NCBI RefSeq assembly: GCF_001194135.2 | Contig: NC_068990.1 | Coordinates: 54,927,009-54,962,554 of the forward strand | Direction: 5' to 3' | Length of the DNA stretch: 35,546 nt | From: Octopus bimaculoides | Taxonomy: Eukaryota | In this document: one piece after another, positions 35,397 through 35,546 of the stretch | Numbering within the stretch: position 1 is the stretch's first letter | Layout of the letters: each line of letters begins with the position of its first letter | Made by a program: the position numbers and the translations under genes | The notes under the pieces: generated by a model | Seen by the model: only the letters and a program-made list of their open reading frames with translations | Told to the model about the DNA's origin: nothing | Database searches by the model: none

Positions 35397-35546
35397 TATT
35401 ATTAGGGACAAAATCCAAAATTACAGGTAAAAAACTCAATTAAAATCAATTTATAAAAAATTGAAATTAAATTGAGCCTTATAGATAAAGTATATATAAA
35501 ATATATATAGTTTTAGGGAAAATAACCAATTTTCAAGAACTCATCG

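Overview
Eukaryotic, AT-rich, repeat-dense draft-assembly DNA with N gaps mostly next to (TA)n tracts. The SINE, MITE and microsatellite content looks like a coleoid cephalopod, probably Octopus (inference from recognised repeats). One protein-coding gene is supported: a minus-strand Rab32/Rab38-family GTPase with five coding exons (29876-29751, 27352-27274, 23691-23510, 10322-10179, 7331-7218). They splice in frame to 214 aa ending ...KKSCCR*; the ATG exon was not found. The intron 29750-27353 has a full U12 (minor spliceosome) signature. The rest is repeats: three to four SINE-like families (one in a 7-unit head-to-tail array), piggyBac-, hAT- and mariner-type MITEs, an R4/Dong LINE 3' end, and several foldback elements. 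Four unrelated short elements carry hammerhead-ribozyme-like cores (CTGANGA-N-stem II-GAAA), none fully canonical. There is also a local duplication of intron sequence bracketed by 39-bp direct repeats. All provided ORFs other than the Rab exons and the mariner remnant look spurious. Repeat boundaries are approximate unless TIRs or TSDs are given.
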